NCBI GenBank assembly: GCA_041392805.1
Contig: JAWKLJ010000001.1
Span: forward strand, 4,843,101-4,907,100
Length of the DNA stretch: 64,000 nucleotides
Direction of reading: 5' to 3'
Origin: Saprospiraceae bacterium
GTDB lineage: Bacteria > Bacteroidota > Bacteroidia > Chitinophagales > Saprospiraceae
Position 1 is the stretch's first letter, and each line of letters starts with the position of its first letter. The notes under the pieces were generated by a model. It had not been told where the DNA came from, ran no database searches, and saw only the letters and a list, made by a program, of their open reading frames with translations. The position numbers and the translations under genes were made by a program. Of this stretch, positions 49,167 through 60,197 are shown one piece after another.

Positions 49167-51977
49167 ATGAGGACTAATTCCATTCGCATCTGTTTTCTTT
49201 TTTATTGTAGCACCATGGGCCTATTGGAATGGGGGTGTCAATCAGGTACTACGCTGAGCAAAGACATTGATGCAGAGGCACTCTTTGTCTATGAAGTATT
49301 GCCCTTGATAGAAAGCAAATGTCAAAGTTGTCATGGAGAAAAGCCAGCTGCTATGGAAGGCGCTTTTGATATGCGAACGCGGGAAGGACTACTAAAGGGT
49401 GGAGAATCTGGCCAAGCTGCCTTGATACCAGGCCGACCAAAGGAAAGCCCGCTTTACCTCGCCGCTAGCCGCATCGATCCCGATTTTGCCATGCCACCCA
49501 AGGAAGGCGACGCCCTTTCGGCAGCAGACCTTCAAATCCTCCACGATTGGATTGCTGGTGGAGCGCCTTGGCCCGATGAACAGCGACAAGCTGCTTTATT
49601 GGCGGAAGCCGACCCGTCTAAGTTGAGCCGGATTCGGGTGCCGACCGTTGGCGGACTTTCGGAGCGCTGGACCAATCGACGCTATAAAATGGATGACCTT
49701 TGGGCCTTTTTACCGCTCCAGCCACAGGAAATTCCCGTTGAATTTGCTGGCCAGACCAACAATCCTGTTGATGCCTTTATCAACAAAAAACTGGCAGAAA
49801 AAGACCTTAAAGCAGCTGCACCTGCTGACAAGCGAACCCTCCTTCGCCGAGCCACTTTTGACCTGACCGGATTGCCACCTACGGAAGCGGAAATTCAAGC
49901 CTTTCTAACAGATGATTCGCCAGACGCCTTTGACCAAGTCATTGAGCGACTGCTTGCTAGTCCGCACTATGGAGAACAATGGGGCCGCCACTGGCTCGAT
50001 ATCGTTCGTTATGCTGATAGTGGAGGCTTTTCAAACGATTATATCCGCCCCAATGCCTGGCGTTACCGCGATTATGTGATTCGCGCCTTTAATGAAGATA
50101 AACCTTATAACCAATTTGTACTTGAACAATTGGCCGGGGACGAAATCGACCCTGACAACCCGGAAATGCTCATTGCCACCGGTTTTCTTCGCATGGGGCC
50201 GTGGGAGCACACCGGTATGAGTGTGGCAGCCGAAACCCGGCAGTTCTACTTGGACGATGTCACCAATATCGTAGGAGAAACCTTTCTATCCTTACCACTC
50301 AATTGCGCCAAATGCCACGATCATAAATACGACCCCATCGCCACCAAAGATTACTACCAAATACAGGCTGTTTTTGCGACGACTCAATTTGCGGATCGAC
50401 CCGCCCCCTTTCTGGCCGAGGAAAAGGTGAAACTTTCAGATCCTGAAAAACAGCGCATCGCAGATTGGATTGACAGAACCAAGGCGGAGCAAGAACAGAT
50501 GAAAGAGAAGGAAGAAAATGCCGCCAAAGACTGGTATCGGGCGCACAAAAGGCCCTATTTGCCCAAAAATATTCGACGGAAGCTCCCTGAAGACCAGCAT
50601 CCTCCCCGATATTACGGACTCAGCTACCAAGACCTGGGCTACCAAAAAGTGCTGAATAAACGCCTGCAGACCCTGGGAAGGACCAAAGATCGTTTTGATA
50701 CCTTGGCTTATGCCGTCTACAACGGCCCCAATCGGATCGTCGGCGGACAGGGTGGAGCGAAAATGCCAAAAGAGGTGGGGGAGGAGGCTGCCCCAACGTA
50801 TATCTTGGGGGGTGGATCAGTCTACGCCCCTTTGGAAAGGGTGGAGCCTGGTGTGCTAAGTGCCCTGGGCAAATTACGCACAGCCTTGGATGGCAATGGA
50901 AAAGCAACAATGGATTCGACCCTACCCAATACCATGAATGGCAGGCGCCTGGCTTTCGCCCGCTGGCTGACCCAGGAAGATCATCCGATGACTACCCGCT
51001 CCTTGGTCAACCGCATTTGGCAATATCATTTTGGGGCTGGATTAGCTGGAAACCCGAATAATTTTGGCGCAACAGGTAAAAAACCGACTCATCCGGAATT
51101 ATTAGACTGGTTGGCCATACATTTTGTTGAAAAGGGCTGGTCGATAAAGGATTTGCACCGCCTCATAATGCGATCGGAGGCTTATCAACGGGCTAGCGAC
51201 CATCCACAGCTAGATAGACTTCAACGCCTCGATCCAGCTAACCAGTGTTTGGCAGTATTCAACCCACGGCGGCTGGAAGCGGAGGAGCTTCGAGATGCCA
51301 TGCTCTTTGCTTCAGGGGAATTGAATCTGGAAGTGGGTGGTTTTCCTATCCGGCCGGAAATTAATCAGGAGGTAGCCTTGCAGCCCCGCCAAATCATGGG
51401 GTCAGTGGCCCAGGCGTATCAGCCTTCCCGCACGCCTGCTGAGCGCAATCGCAGGACCATCTATGCTGAGCGCTATCGTACCCTGGCAGATCCCATCCTC
51501 GAAGTATTTAACCAACCCGGTACGGATTTTTCTTGCGAAGAGCGAACGCAATCTACGGTTGCTACCCAGGCTTTTGCCCAATTTAACAGTCGGCAAACCA
51601 GGGCTCGGGCCCTGGCGATGGCCCAGCGATTAGCCGCCTTGCATAAGACACAGGAAGAACAAATTCACCAGGCCATTTTGCAGGTTTGGAATAGAAAAGC
51701 GCGACCCGGGGAAATCCGTGAAGCCCAGGCGTACCTGACTAAAATGACCGAATACCATCAGAAGAATGCACCTGTCACGATTGAATATCCAACGGAGGTC
51801 ACCCGTCAAATGATGGAAGAAATGACCGGCGAACCTTTTGAATACATAGAAGAACTGGATATTTACAAAGACTATATCCCTGATCTAATGGATAAGGATG
51901 TGGTTCCAGGGGTTAGGGCAATGGCTGATCTTGCTGTTGTATTGTTTAACGCCAATGAATTTCTTTATGTCTATTAA
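49167..51977 (+). CDS. Planctomycete-type cytochrome-c (PSCyt1) / DUF1549 (PSCyt2) / DUF1553 (PSD1) multidomain protein
   Basis: CxxCH haem motif (CQSCHG). DUF1549 signature (GRHWLDIVRYADSGG). DUF1553 signature (NCAKCHDHKYDPI). Confidence 0.85.
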   Translation: MRTNSIRICFLFYCSTMGLLEWGCQSGTTLSKDIDAEALFVYEVLPLIESKCQSCHGEKPAAMEGAFDMRTREGLLKGGESGQAALIPGRPKESPLYLAASRIDPDFAMPPKEGDALSAADLQILHDWIAGGAPWPDEQRQAALLAEADPSKLSRIRVPTVGGLSERWTNRRYKMDDLWAFLPLQPQEIPVEFAGQTNNPVDAFINKKLAEKDLKAAAPADKRTLLRRATFDLTGLPPTEAEIQAFLTDDSPDAFDQVIERLLASPHYGEQWGRHWLDIVRYADSGGFSNDYIRPNAWRYRDYVIRAFNEDKPYNQFVLEQLAGDEIDPDNPEMLIATGFLRMGPWEHTGMSVAAETRQFYLDDVTNIVGETFLSLPLNCAKCHDHKYDPIATKDYYQIQAVFATTQFADRPAPFLAEEKVKLSDPEKQRIADWIDRTKAEQEQMKEKEENAAKDWYRAHKRPYLPKNIRRKLPEDQHPPRYYGLSYQDLGYQKVLNKRLQTLGRTKDRFDTLAYAVYNGPNRIVGGQGGAKMPKEVGEEAAPTYILGGGSVYAPLERVEPGVLSALGKLRTALDGNGKATMDSTLPNTMNGRRLAFARWLTQEDHPMTTRSLVNRIWQYHFGAGLAGNPNNFGATGKKPTHPELLDWLAIHFVEKGWSIKDLHRLIMRSEAYQRASDHPQLDRLQRLDPANQCLAVFNPRRLEAEELRDAMLFASGELNLEVGGFPIRPEINQEVALQPRQIMGSVAQAYQPSRTPAERNRRTIYAERYRTLADPILEVFNQPGTDFSCEERTQSTVATQAFAQFNSRQTRARALAMAQRLAALHKTQEEQIHQAILQVWNRKARPGEIREAQAYLTKMTEYHQKNAPVTIEYPTEVTRQMMEEMTGEPFEYIEELDIYKDYIPDLMDKDVVPGVRAMADLAVVLFNANEFLYVY

Positions 51978-53397
51978 TCAAAATGACCCAGCCTGGAACC
52001 GCCGCGATTTTCTATATGGTCTTGGTGCCAGTCTTGGTGCTGTTGCACTTACCAGTTTGTTAGGATGTGATGCTCGAAAAGGTCGCTCCCTGCTGAGTGA
52101 TTCGCCGCTGAGCCCCAAGCCACCTATGTTTTTGCCGAAGGCCAAATCCTGCATCTTTCTGATGATGGAAGGTGGCCCGAGCCATATCGACACCTTTGAC
52201 CCCAAGCCTGCCTTGGAAAAATACCATCTAAGCGAATTTGTACGGCAAGGCAAGCAGTTTTCCGCCATGTCGTCGGGCAATCGCTATATCGTACAAAGCC
52301 CTTTTTCTAGCCGGAAAGTCGGGCAATCCGGGGCCGACCTGTGCGAACATTTTGTGCACTTGGCCGATGTGGCGGATGACATCTGCTTTTATCGTGGCTG
52401 CCAGGCCGAATCAGTCAACCATCCTACGGCCATGTATCACCTCAATACGGGTAATCGCTTCGGTGGAGAGCCAGCGATGGGTGCCTGGCTTAGTTATGGC
52501 CTGGGCACCCTGAATGAAAACCTGCCTGCCTTTGTGGTATTGCCGGAGATTTCCTTTCCGCAAGGCGGCGCAGCCAATTGGTCGAATGGTTTCCTCCCCG
52601 CCCATTTTCAAGGTACCCCGCTGCGCCCAACGGGCAGCCCGATCCTGAACATTGAACCGCCACCGGGATTGAGCCGCTATCACCAAAGAGAAAGCCTGGA
52701 TTTGCTCCAGCAATTCAATAAGAACCATCAAGCTTTACATCCGGAAGAAGATGAACTTAGTGCCAGAATGGCCAGCTACGAATTGGCTTATCGCATGCAG
52801 ATGGAAGTGCCAGGATTGATCGATATTGATGCTGAAACGGAAGAAAACAAGGCCCTTTATGGCATCGGAGAAAAAGCCACAGATGCTTTTGGACGTAAGT
52901 GCCTGCTCGCACGCCGCCTCATTGAACAAGGCGTCCGGTTTGTTCAACTGTATTCGGCGGGATGGGATTCGCACGATTTTCTGGCGCGGGCGCATGGCTC
53001 CCTGATTCGGAGCACGGATAAACCCATTGCTGGATTGCTCAAAGACCTCAAGCGCAGAGGGATGTTGGATGACACCTTGGTGGTCTGGTGTGGGGAGTTT
53101 GGCCGTACTGCCGATAACGGCATTAGGGAAGGCGGTATTGCCTATGGCCGCGACCACAATCCTAACGCCATGGCCATGTGGTTTGCTGGTGGAGGGGTCA
53201 AGGCTGGACATACCATCGGTGCGACCGATGAACTGGGACAAACGGCGGTAGACGTGGTGCATCCAATTCGAGACTTACATGTTACCCTACTCCACCTTTT
53301 TGGATTAGATGATACCCAATTGACCTATTTTCACGGGGGACGTCACAAGCAGTTGTCGCAATTTGGTGGGGAGCTTATCAAGGAATTGTTGGCTTAG
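51968..53397 (+). CDS. DUF1501 (sulfatase-fold) protein with a Tat signal
   Basis: Twin-arginine motif NRRDFLYGLG. DUF1501 signature MMEGGPSHIDTFDPKP. I placed the start at the ATG at 51968 (MSINQ...), which overlaps the upstream gene's end by 10 nt. Confidence 0.8.
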
Positions 53398-53465
53398 TGC
53401 TTTGCGTATAATTTCCGATTTATGTGTAACTTGAAAGGATTTTTTTCGAAAACATTACAACAATA

Positions 53466-55913
53466 ATGAAAGCTAGTCAGACATACCAACATCATACCTT
53501 GACAAAATTCTTCCTTGCATGGATATTGCTCTCTATGATCGCTGCTTGCAACACGAAAGAAAAGCCCGTCGTAGAGGGGTTTGAATCAGACCCCAGTGTT
53601 CACTGGATCGAAGATGGTCGAGCCCTACCAGTTGCAGATTCCTTATTTTATCTTGACCATCCGGCACCGCTTTTTCGGAAGACCTTCCTAGCAAACCAAG
53701 GTATTGCGCAGGCCAGGTTGTACATTACTGCCGCCGGTTATTACCAAGCCTCGATCAATGGCGAACGCATTGGACAAAATGTGTTGGATCCGGCCTGGAC
53801 CGATTTTAGCAAAAGAATTTACTACACGGAATATGACGTCACTGCCCTGGTCAAGGCTGGCGACAATTGCATGGGTGTTATACTTGGCAATGGTTTTTAT
53901 AATCCCTTACCCTTGAGAAAGTGGGGACAACGAAATTTAAGGAATGATCTTGCCGTTGGAAAGCCCACTTTTTTAGCCAAATTAGTGATCGACTACGAGC
54001 ATGGTGATTCGGAAGCTATCGTTTCGGATACGACCTGGAAATATACGGATGGCCCCATCTTGAGAAACGATGTTTACCTGGGCGTCGACTATGATGCGCG
54101 CCGGGAAATAAAAGGATGGGACGTTCCTGGTGGGGATGATATAAGGTGGCAACCTGTCAAACTGGGGGATGGCCCGGGAGGTGAATTGCAAAAAGCCTTC
54201 TTCCCACCCGTTCAAATCACCCGGGAAATAACGCCTGTAGGTATCGCTTCTCCCCAGCCGGGCATCTACATCGTCGATATGGGCGAAAATTTTACGGGTA
54301 CCTATAAAATCAAGTTGTCAGGAAACACCGGAGACACCATTTCTTTCCGCTTTGGCGAGCGGATTTATGAGGACGGAACACTGAATCCCATGACAGCGGT
54401 GATAGGACAGATTAAACGAAAAGGGGTGGGTGGCCCCGGCGCGCCTGACATTGCCTGGCAAGGCGGCCGTTACATCATCGGCGAAGCTAGCAACGCCTGG
54501 TACCAACCGGATTTCACCTACCATACCTACCGATATATGGAAATCGCGGGCTTGGATAAAAAGCCACAAATATCGGATGTGAAAGGCTTATCCATACATT
54601 CCAACGTTACCCACCAAAATAGCTTTTCCTGTTCTTCGGAATTACTGAATTCGATCCAGGAAGCGACGGAAAGAACTTTTCTGGCCAACCTCGTCAGTGT
54701 CCAGTCGGATTGCGCCGCCCGCGAGAAATTTGGTTATGGCGGAGACTTAATTGCCACCATGGAATCGTTCATGTACAACTTTGATATGCAGGCTTTTTAT
54801 CACAAGACCCTTTACGATTGGGTAGACGCCATGAACGATTCGGTCTTTGTGGATACGGCGCCTTTCGTTGGCATTAAATACTGCGGCATCAGCTGGGAGT
54901 CTGCCTTTCTGATCACTCAATATTACCTGTACCTTTACTACAACGATACGGCGATCATCGAGGAACTATACGCGCTGGATAAGCAATGGATGGATAAAGT
55001 CGCCCGCATCCATCCGGACGGGATCGTTGACGACGGCCTGAGTGACCATGAATCGCTGGAGCCCGTTCCGGTTCGTTTAACGGGTACAAGCCATTACTTG
55101 CAATGTGCCCGCATCATGAAGACCTTTGCCCGGTTGATGGGTGACCAGGCTAATGAAGCGAAATATGAAAAACTGGCTGAAAAACTACAGCAACTGGTGA
55201 AAGCGGAATTCTGGGATCAACCCGTAGCCGGAAAAATTAACCGGCAAACGCTGTTTTCTACCTTGCTGTACCACGGCATTGTACCCCCCGATGAAATCGA
55301 CGCCGCCAAAGACTCCTTGTTAAACGCCGTGCGAAACGGCCCCTCCGGGCATTTCAATACCGGTATCTTTGGGACCAAATATGTCCTGGAGGCGCTATCG
55401 GAACAGCACTCTCCAGACGAGGTTTTTAGTATCGTCAATAGTACGGCCTATCCCGGTTGGGGCCATATGATCGATAGGGGCGCTACCACCATTTGGGAAA
55501 CCTGGAAAGAGAGCGACAATACCTTTTCCAATTGCCATCCCATGTTCGGAACGGTAACAGAGTGGTACTACCGTTGGTTGGCTGGCATTCGGCCTGATGC
55601 GGAGCATCCTGGTTTTCAGACCTTTATTTTGGCACCCGCCACCCCGGAAGGACTTGAATATGTGAATGGGACCTATTATTCGCCTTTCGGAAAAATTGTC
55701 TCCAATTGGAAAAAGGAACCTTTGGGAGGATACCTTTATGAAATGACCATTCCAGAGGGTAGTGTAGCCGCTGTTAGCTTACCCATGAAACCAACCCAAA
55801 GTATAACAATAGAAAGGAAGTCGGATCATAAGGAACTAAAAAACATCGAAGGGCTGCAAACGGGGCAGTTTAAGTTGAGTGCTGGGGATTACGTCATTAG
55901 GGTTAAATCTTAG
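53466..55913 (+). CDS. Alpha-L-rhamnosidase (glycoside hydrolase family 78)
   Basis: Lipoprotein signal. GH78 N-terminal-domain signature (LFRKTFLAN...ARLYITAAGYYQASINGERIGQNVLDPAWTDFSKRIYYTEYDVT). Length and domain order match GH78 rhamnosidases. Confidence 0.85.
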   Translation: MKASQTYQHHTLTKFFLAWILLSMIAACNTKEKPVVEGFESDPSVHWIEDGRALPVADSLFYLDHPAPLFRKTFLANQGIAQARLYITAAGYYQASINGERIGQNVLDPAWTDFSKRIYYTEYDVTALVKAGDNCMGVILGNGFYNPLPLRKWGQRNLRNDLAVGKPTFLAKLVIDYEHGDSEAIVSDTTWKYTDGPILRNDVYLGVDYDARREIKGWDVPGGDDIRWQPVKLGDGPGGELQKAFFPPVQITREITPVGIASPQPGIYIVDMGENFTGTYKIKLSGNTGDTISFRFGERIYEDGTLNPMTAVIGQIKRKGVGGPGAPDIAWQGGRYIIGEASNAWYQPDFTYHTYRYMEIAGLDKKPQISDVKGLSIHSNVTHQNSFSCSSELLNSIQEATERTFLANLVSVQSDCAAREKFGYGGDLIATMESFMYNFDMQAFYHKTLYDWVDAMNDSVFVDTAPFVGIKYCGISWESAFLITQYYLYLYYNDTAIIEELYALDKQWMDKVARIHPDGIVDDGLSDHESLEPVPVRLTGTSHYLQCARIMKTFARLMGDQANEAKYEKLAEKLQQLVKAEFWDQPVAGKINRQTLFSTLLYHGIVPPDEIDAAKDSLLNAVRNGPSGHFNTGIFGTKYVLEALSEQHSPDEVFSIVNSTAYPGWGHMIDRGATTIWETWKESDNTFSNCHPMFGTVTEWYYRWLAGIRPDAEHPGFQTFILAPATPEGLEYVNGTYYSPFGKIVSNWKKEPLGGYLYEMTIPEGSVAAVSLPMKPTQSITIERKSDHKELKNIEGLQTGQFKLSAGDYVIRVKS

Positions 55914-56055
55914 ACAAGCTATTAGAAGATTCGTAGGATACTTCCTTGACAAGCTTCTGGGGTTATTGTCTTGAAAGATTATAAAATAAAACGGAATTTT
56001 GTTATTTTTAGGAACCAGGCTTGTGCCGAAATCCATCTAATCAAAAATTGCCATC

Positions 56056-58251
56056 ATGACACTTATCAAAACAACTTACAATAGACGATCTTTTTTACAA
56101 GTTTCCAGTGCTGCCGGTGGCGGAATGTTATTGGGATTTAGTTGGCTGGCAGGGTGTACACCAGCGGAGATCGAGGAAGAAATAATGGCTATGCCCGAAT
56201 CCTGGTTCGATATCAATGCATTCATCCGGATCGGCGATAACGGATGGGTTACTATCCAATCGCCAAATCCAGAGATCGGGCAGAATGTCAAAACTTCGAT
56301 GCCGATGATCGTGGCCGAGGAATTGGATGTAGACTGGAAAAATGTAATAGTGGAACAAGCTGGATTGAATACGGCCAACTTTACACGCCAGGTGGCCGGA
56401 GGAAGCAACTCCATCCGAAGTGCATGGAAAAGCCTCCGGATGGCAGGGGCAACGGCGCGTCGGATGTTGCTGGAAGCGGCGGCTAAACAATGGGAAGTGC
56501 CCGTTGGCGAACTAAGGACGGATGGAGGGGTGATTTACCACACGGCTTCCGATCTGTCGATTGGGTATGGTGAAGTGGCCTCGGCTGCATCGGGGCTGGA
56601 GGTGCCGGAAGAGGTTGAACTGAAAGATCCGAAAGCTTTCAAAATCATCGGAACATCCACCAAGAATGTCGACGGAAAAAAGATAGTTACCGGCGTACCG
56701 CTTTACGGATTAGACTACAGGGAGGAGGGTATGCTGATAGCCATGATCGAACATGCGCCAGCATTCGGAATGAAATTAAAATCCATCGATGATAGTACGG
56801 TTAAATCCATGCCCGGAATTGTAGATGTCGTAACGATTGATACAAGCCTTCTTCGGGAGACGGGGCCTAATACTTTTGCTTTTACCAGCCTGGTAGCCAT
56901 TGTCGGCAAAAGCACCTGGGAAGTAATGAATGCCAAAAAGGCTTTAAAAGTGACCTGGGAATGGGATACTGCTGCAGAAAATTCAGAAGACCAGGAGCGT
57001 CAAATGACAGCCATGCTAGAAGCGGGTGCGAAAGAAGCCCAACGTCTGGACGGAAACCCGGAAAGCGCTTTCAAAAATGCGGCTAAGGTGATCGAAAGGA
57101 CCTATTCGGCTCCCTTCCTGCCACACAACACCATGGAACCCATGAATTTCTTTGCCAGCGTGACGGCAGACAAGGCCCACCTTGTAGGGCCCATCCAGAC
57201 GCCGGAGCGATTGGCAGCGTCTGTGTCAGAAGCTTTAAACCTGCCCGCTGAAAAGGTTTCCATTATGATGACCAGAATGGGGGGAGGTTTCGGCCGCCGC
57301 CTCTATGGCAATTTTGGCTTGGAAGCGGCTTTGATTTCCAAACAGCTTCAGGCCCCCATCAAGCTGGTATACACTCGCGAAGACGATATGAGCAATGGTA
57401 CTTACCGGCCCGCCTATAAAGTGAAATACCGGGCGGCATTGAATGAAGCGAACGAGCTCACGGCTTTTCATGTGCACGGCGTAGGCATACACGGTGGCCC
57501 TGTATTTGCCAACCGTTTTCCAGCCGGAACGGTAGACAATTACCGAGCCGAAAACGAAGCGGTCGCCTCTAATGTCTCCACAGGGGCCTGGCGGGCACCA
57601 AGGTCCAACTTTATTGCCGGCGCGGAGCAATCTTTCCTGGACGAAGTGGCAGAGGCAGCAGGAAAAGACCCGATCGATTTTCGCCTGGCACTATTCGATC
57701 GCGCCATTAGCAACCCCGTGGGCGAAAAGAATGATTATGATCCGGAACGCTATGCCGGTGTGCTCAAGTTGGTTAAGGAAAAATCGGGTTGGGGTAATGA
57801 AATGCCAGGTATTTACCGCGGTGTAGCCGCCTATTTTTGCCACAATTCCTACGTGGCTCAGGTAATCGATGTGGTGATACAGGAAGGCAAACCCAAACTC
57901 AAAAAAGTCTGGTGTGCCGTTGACTGCGGTATTGTTGTCAATCCGGACGCTGCCCGAAACATTATCGAAGGCGGCGTAGTAGATGGTATTGGCCACGGTA
58001 TGTTTGGCAAATTGACCATTAAAGAAGGTGTACCGCAACAAAATAATTTCGATTCCTATAACCTGATTCGGCATTCGGATGTACCGGCTGAAATCGAAAC
58101 CTTTTTCGTCGATAATGGTATCGATCCAACAGGATTGGGCGAACCCGGTCTGCCACCGGCCATCGCGGCCCTGGCCAATGCGTTGTATCAGGCGAAAGGT
58201 AAGCGTTTATATCACCAGCCGTTTGCGCAGGAAGAATCGATCCTTGGATAA
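56056..58251 (+). CDS. Molybdenum-hydroxylase large (molybdopterin-binding) subunit, IorB/CoxL family, with a Tat signal
   Basis: Twin-arginine motif NRRSFLQVSSAAGG. Aldehyde-oxidase/xanthine-dehydrogenase molybdopterin-binding domain motifs (GGGFGRR, AQVIDV). Confidence 0.85.
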   Translation: MTLIKTTYNRRSFLQVSSAAGGGMLLGFSWLAGCTPAEIEEEIMAMPESWFDINAFIRIGDNGWVTIQSPNPEIGQNVKTSMPMIVAEELDVDWKNVIVEQAGLNTANFTRQVAGGSNSIRSAWKSLRMAGATARRMLLEAAAKQWEVPVGELRTDGGVIYHTASDLSIGYGEVASAASGLEVPEEVELKDPKAFKIIGTSTKNVDGKKIVTGVPLYGLDYREEGMLIAMIEHAPAFGMKLKSIDDSTVKSMPGIVDVVTIDTSLLRETGPNTFAFTSLVAIVGKSTWEVMNAKKALKVTWEWDTAAENSEDQERQMTAMLEAGAKEAQRLDGNPESAFKNAAKVIERTYSAPFLPHNTMEPMNFFASVTADKAHLVGPIQTPERLAASVSEALNLPAEKVSIMMTRMGGGFGRRLYGNFGLEAALISKQLQAPIKLVYTREDDMSNGTYRPAYKVKYRAALNEANELTAFHVHGVGIHGGPVFANRFPAGTVDNYRAENEAVASNVSTGAWRAPRSNFIAGAEQSFLDEVAEAAGKDPIDFRLALFDRAISNPVGEKNDYDPERYAGVLKLVKEKSGWGNEMPGIYRGVAAYFCHNSYVAQVIDVVIQEGKPKLKKVWCAVDCGIVVNPDAARNIIEGGVVDGIGHGMFGKLTIKEGVPQQNNFDSYNLIRHSDVPAEIETFFVDNGIDPTGLGEPGLPPAIAALANALYQAKGKRLYHQPFAQEESILG

Positions 58252-58305
58252 GGCGTTATAAGAAAATCTGGAACTTGGGTAGTCATCCTTTAATTAAGGA
58301 AAAAT

Positions 58306-60171
58306 TCAAAAAGGATATTTCCCTTTCTTCAAGGCATAATCCGCCACCGCCCGCCTTAAATCCTTTGGGTTTTGAGGGTAGGATTTCAACAACTTCCCAA
58401 GCAAAAATAGCAACAGCTTTTTTTCAAAACCTGTTGCGAAACTAGCAATGGCCTCCTTGGCAGCTTTTTGTACCTGGTCCAACGCTTCGTACAAATAAAG
58501 CTGCATCATTTTTTCCTGGATAGCAAAATGCCGGACATCCTTGCCAGGAGCTTGCTCCAGTTTCTGTATTTTTAAGAGGACACTTTCCGTTAGATATGCT
58601 TCTGATAAAATTGCGGCAAGATTCAAGGTAATCTCTTGCTCTTCCAGCATTTTTTTGCCTAATTTTTTTCCTACCGTACCAGAAATCAATAGAAATGTAT
58701 TTTTAATGCCTTGAACCAATTGCTGTTCTTTTCCCCATTTTCCGCCAGGGTTAAATGGCAAGAGTTGACGAAAAATGAAAAAAGGCACTTTTTTGCCAGC
58801 GCTCAGCAAGTCGATTTCTTTGGCAAGCAAACCCCGTTTGGTTAATTCGGCCACAGATAACATACTATTCACATCGTTCGTGCCTTCATATATTTTGGTG
58901 ATTCGGGCATCTCGATAGGCCATTTCCAAGCCGATCTCAACCGCATAGCCCATTCCTCCGTAGATCTGCATGACCTCATCTGTTGCATAACAAGCCAATT
59001 CAGCGCCTTTTACCTTTAAAATGGCACATTCTATCGCAAATTCCCGGATCGCATTTAGTTTTGATTCACTATCTTTTTGGCCTTGTTGTAAAAAGGCTTC
59101 ACTTTTTAAGTCGATATTCCGGCCCGTTCGATAAACGGCGGCGTCTAAAGCAAAAGTTTGAGTGGTGATCTTTCCAATTCTATATTTAATGGCCCCAAAA
59201 TTGGAAATAGCTTGTCCAAATTGTTTTCGTTCCAAGGCATATTCAATTCCTTTACTCACCGAAAACTTTGCACCGCCGAGGCCTCCTGCACTTAGTTTTA
59301 TCCGCCCTGTGTTCAAAATATTAAGGGCCATTTTAAAACCTGCACCGCGTTCCCCCAATAGGTTCTCAATGGGAACTTTACAATTATCAAAAAAAAGTTG
59401 AACGGTAGAAGAAGCCTTGATACCCATTTTTTTCTCCTCTTGCCCCACGCTAAATCCCTCGAAATTTCTTTCGACAATAAAGGCAGACAGGTCTTTATCG
59501 GCTTCTATTTTGGCAAAAACCACATAAACCTGCGCGATGCCGCCATTCGTAATCCATATTTTTTGTCCATTGAGGAGATAATGTTGGCCATCATTGCTGA
59601 GGGTTGCTGTGGTTTTACCCGCATTGGCATCCGAGCCAGCGCTAGGCTCAGTCAAGGCATAGGAGGCAATCAGCTCGCCACTTGCTATACCCGGTAAATA
59701 TTGTTGCTTTTGTTGTTCATTACCATAAAAGTAAATGGGCAAGGACCCAATGGAAGTTTGTGCACCAATGGTCGTCGCAAAGGAAAATCCCGCCGCGATG
59801 GCTTCCGAAAAGAGAACCCCTGTATTAAAGTCCAATTCCATTCCACCATAAATTTCTGGAATACTAACTCCGCAAAGCCCCAATTCCCCTGCTTTCTTCA
59901 ATACTTCGACAATCTCTGAAAGGTCTGTTGCTTGGGTTGCTTCGAGTTCTCGGCCCCTTTTAAAAAAGGGTTCCTGGACATTTTTGACACAAAAATCAAT
60001 GACCATTTCTTTGATCATCAATTGTTCTGCTGTGAATTCCTCGGAGATAAAGAGGCTATCGGCTGGTGTATCGCCGACTAGGAAATGCCCGCCCTTGAGG
60101 TAGGGGTGATCGGCACTCGTCGTGGAAGAATAGCTGGGGTCGGTCTTTAATTGTACAGTCGTTAAATTCAT
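58306..60171 (-). CDS. Acyl-CoA dehydrogenase (long form with C-terminal extension)
   Basis: Acyl-CoA dehydrogenase signatures (YALTEPSAGSDA; QIYGGMGYAVE). Confidence 0.85.
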   Translation of the reverse strand: MNLTTVQLKTDPSYSSTTSADHPYLKGGHFLVGDTPADSLFISEEFTAEQLMIKEMVIDFCVKNVQEPFFKRGRELEATQATDLSEIVEVLKKAGELGLCGVSIPEIYGGMELDFNTGVLFSEAIAAGFSFATTIGAQTSIGSLPIYFYGNEQQKQQYLPGIASGELIASYALTEPSAGSDANAGKTTATLSNDGQHYLLNGQKIWITNGGIAQVYVVFAKIEADKDLSAFIVERNFEGFSVGQEEKKMGIKASSTVQLFFDNCKVPIENLLGERGAGFKMALNILNTGRIKLSAGGLGGAKFSVSKGIEYALERKQFGQAISNFGAIKYRIGKITTQTFALDAAVYRTGRNIDLKSEAFLQQGQKDSESKLNAIREFAIECAILKVKGAELACYATDEVMQIYGGMGYAVEIGLEMAYRDARITKIYEGTNDVNSMLSVAELTKRGLLAKEIDLLSAGKKVPFFIFRQLLPFNPGGKWGKEQQLVQGIKNTFLLISGTVGKKLGKKMLEEQEITLNLAAILSEAYLTESVLLKIQKLEQAPGKDVRHFAIQEKMMQLYLYEALDQVQKAAKEAIASFATGFEKKLLLFLLGKLLKSYPQNPKDLRRAVADYALKKGKYPF

Positions 60172-60197
60172 TAATACTTGGATTATTTTAAGCTTGT

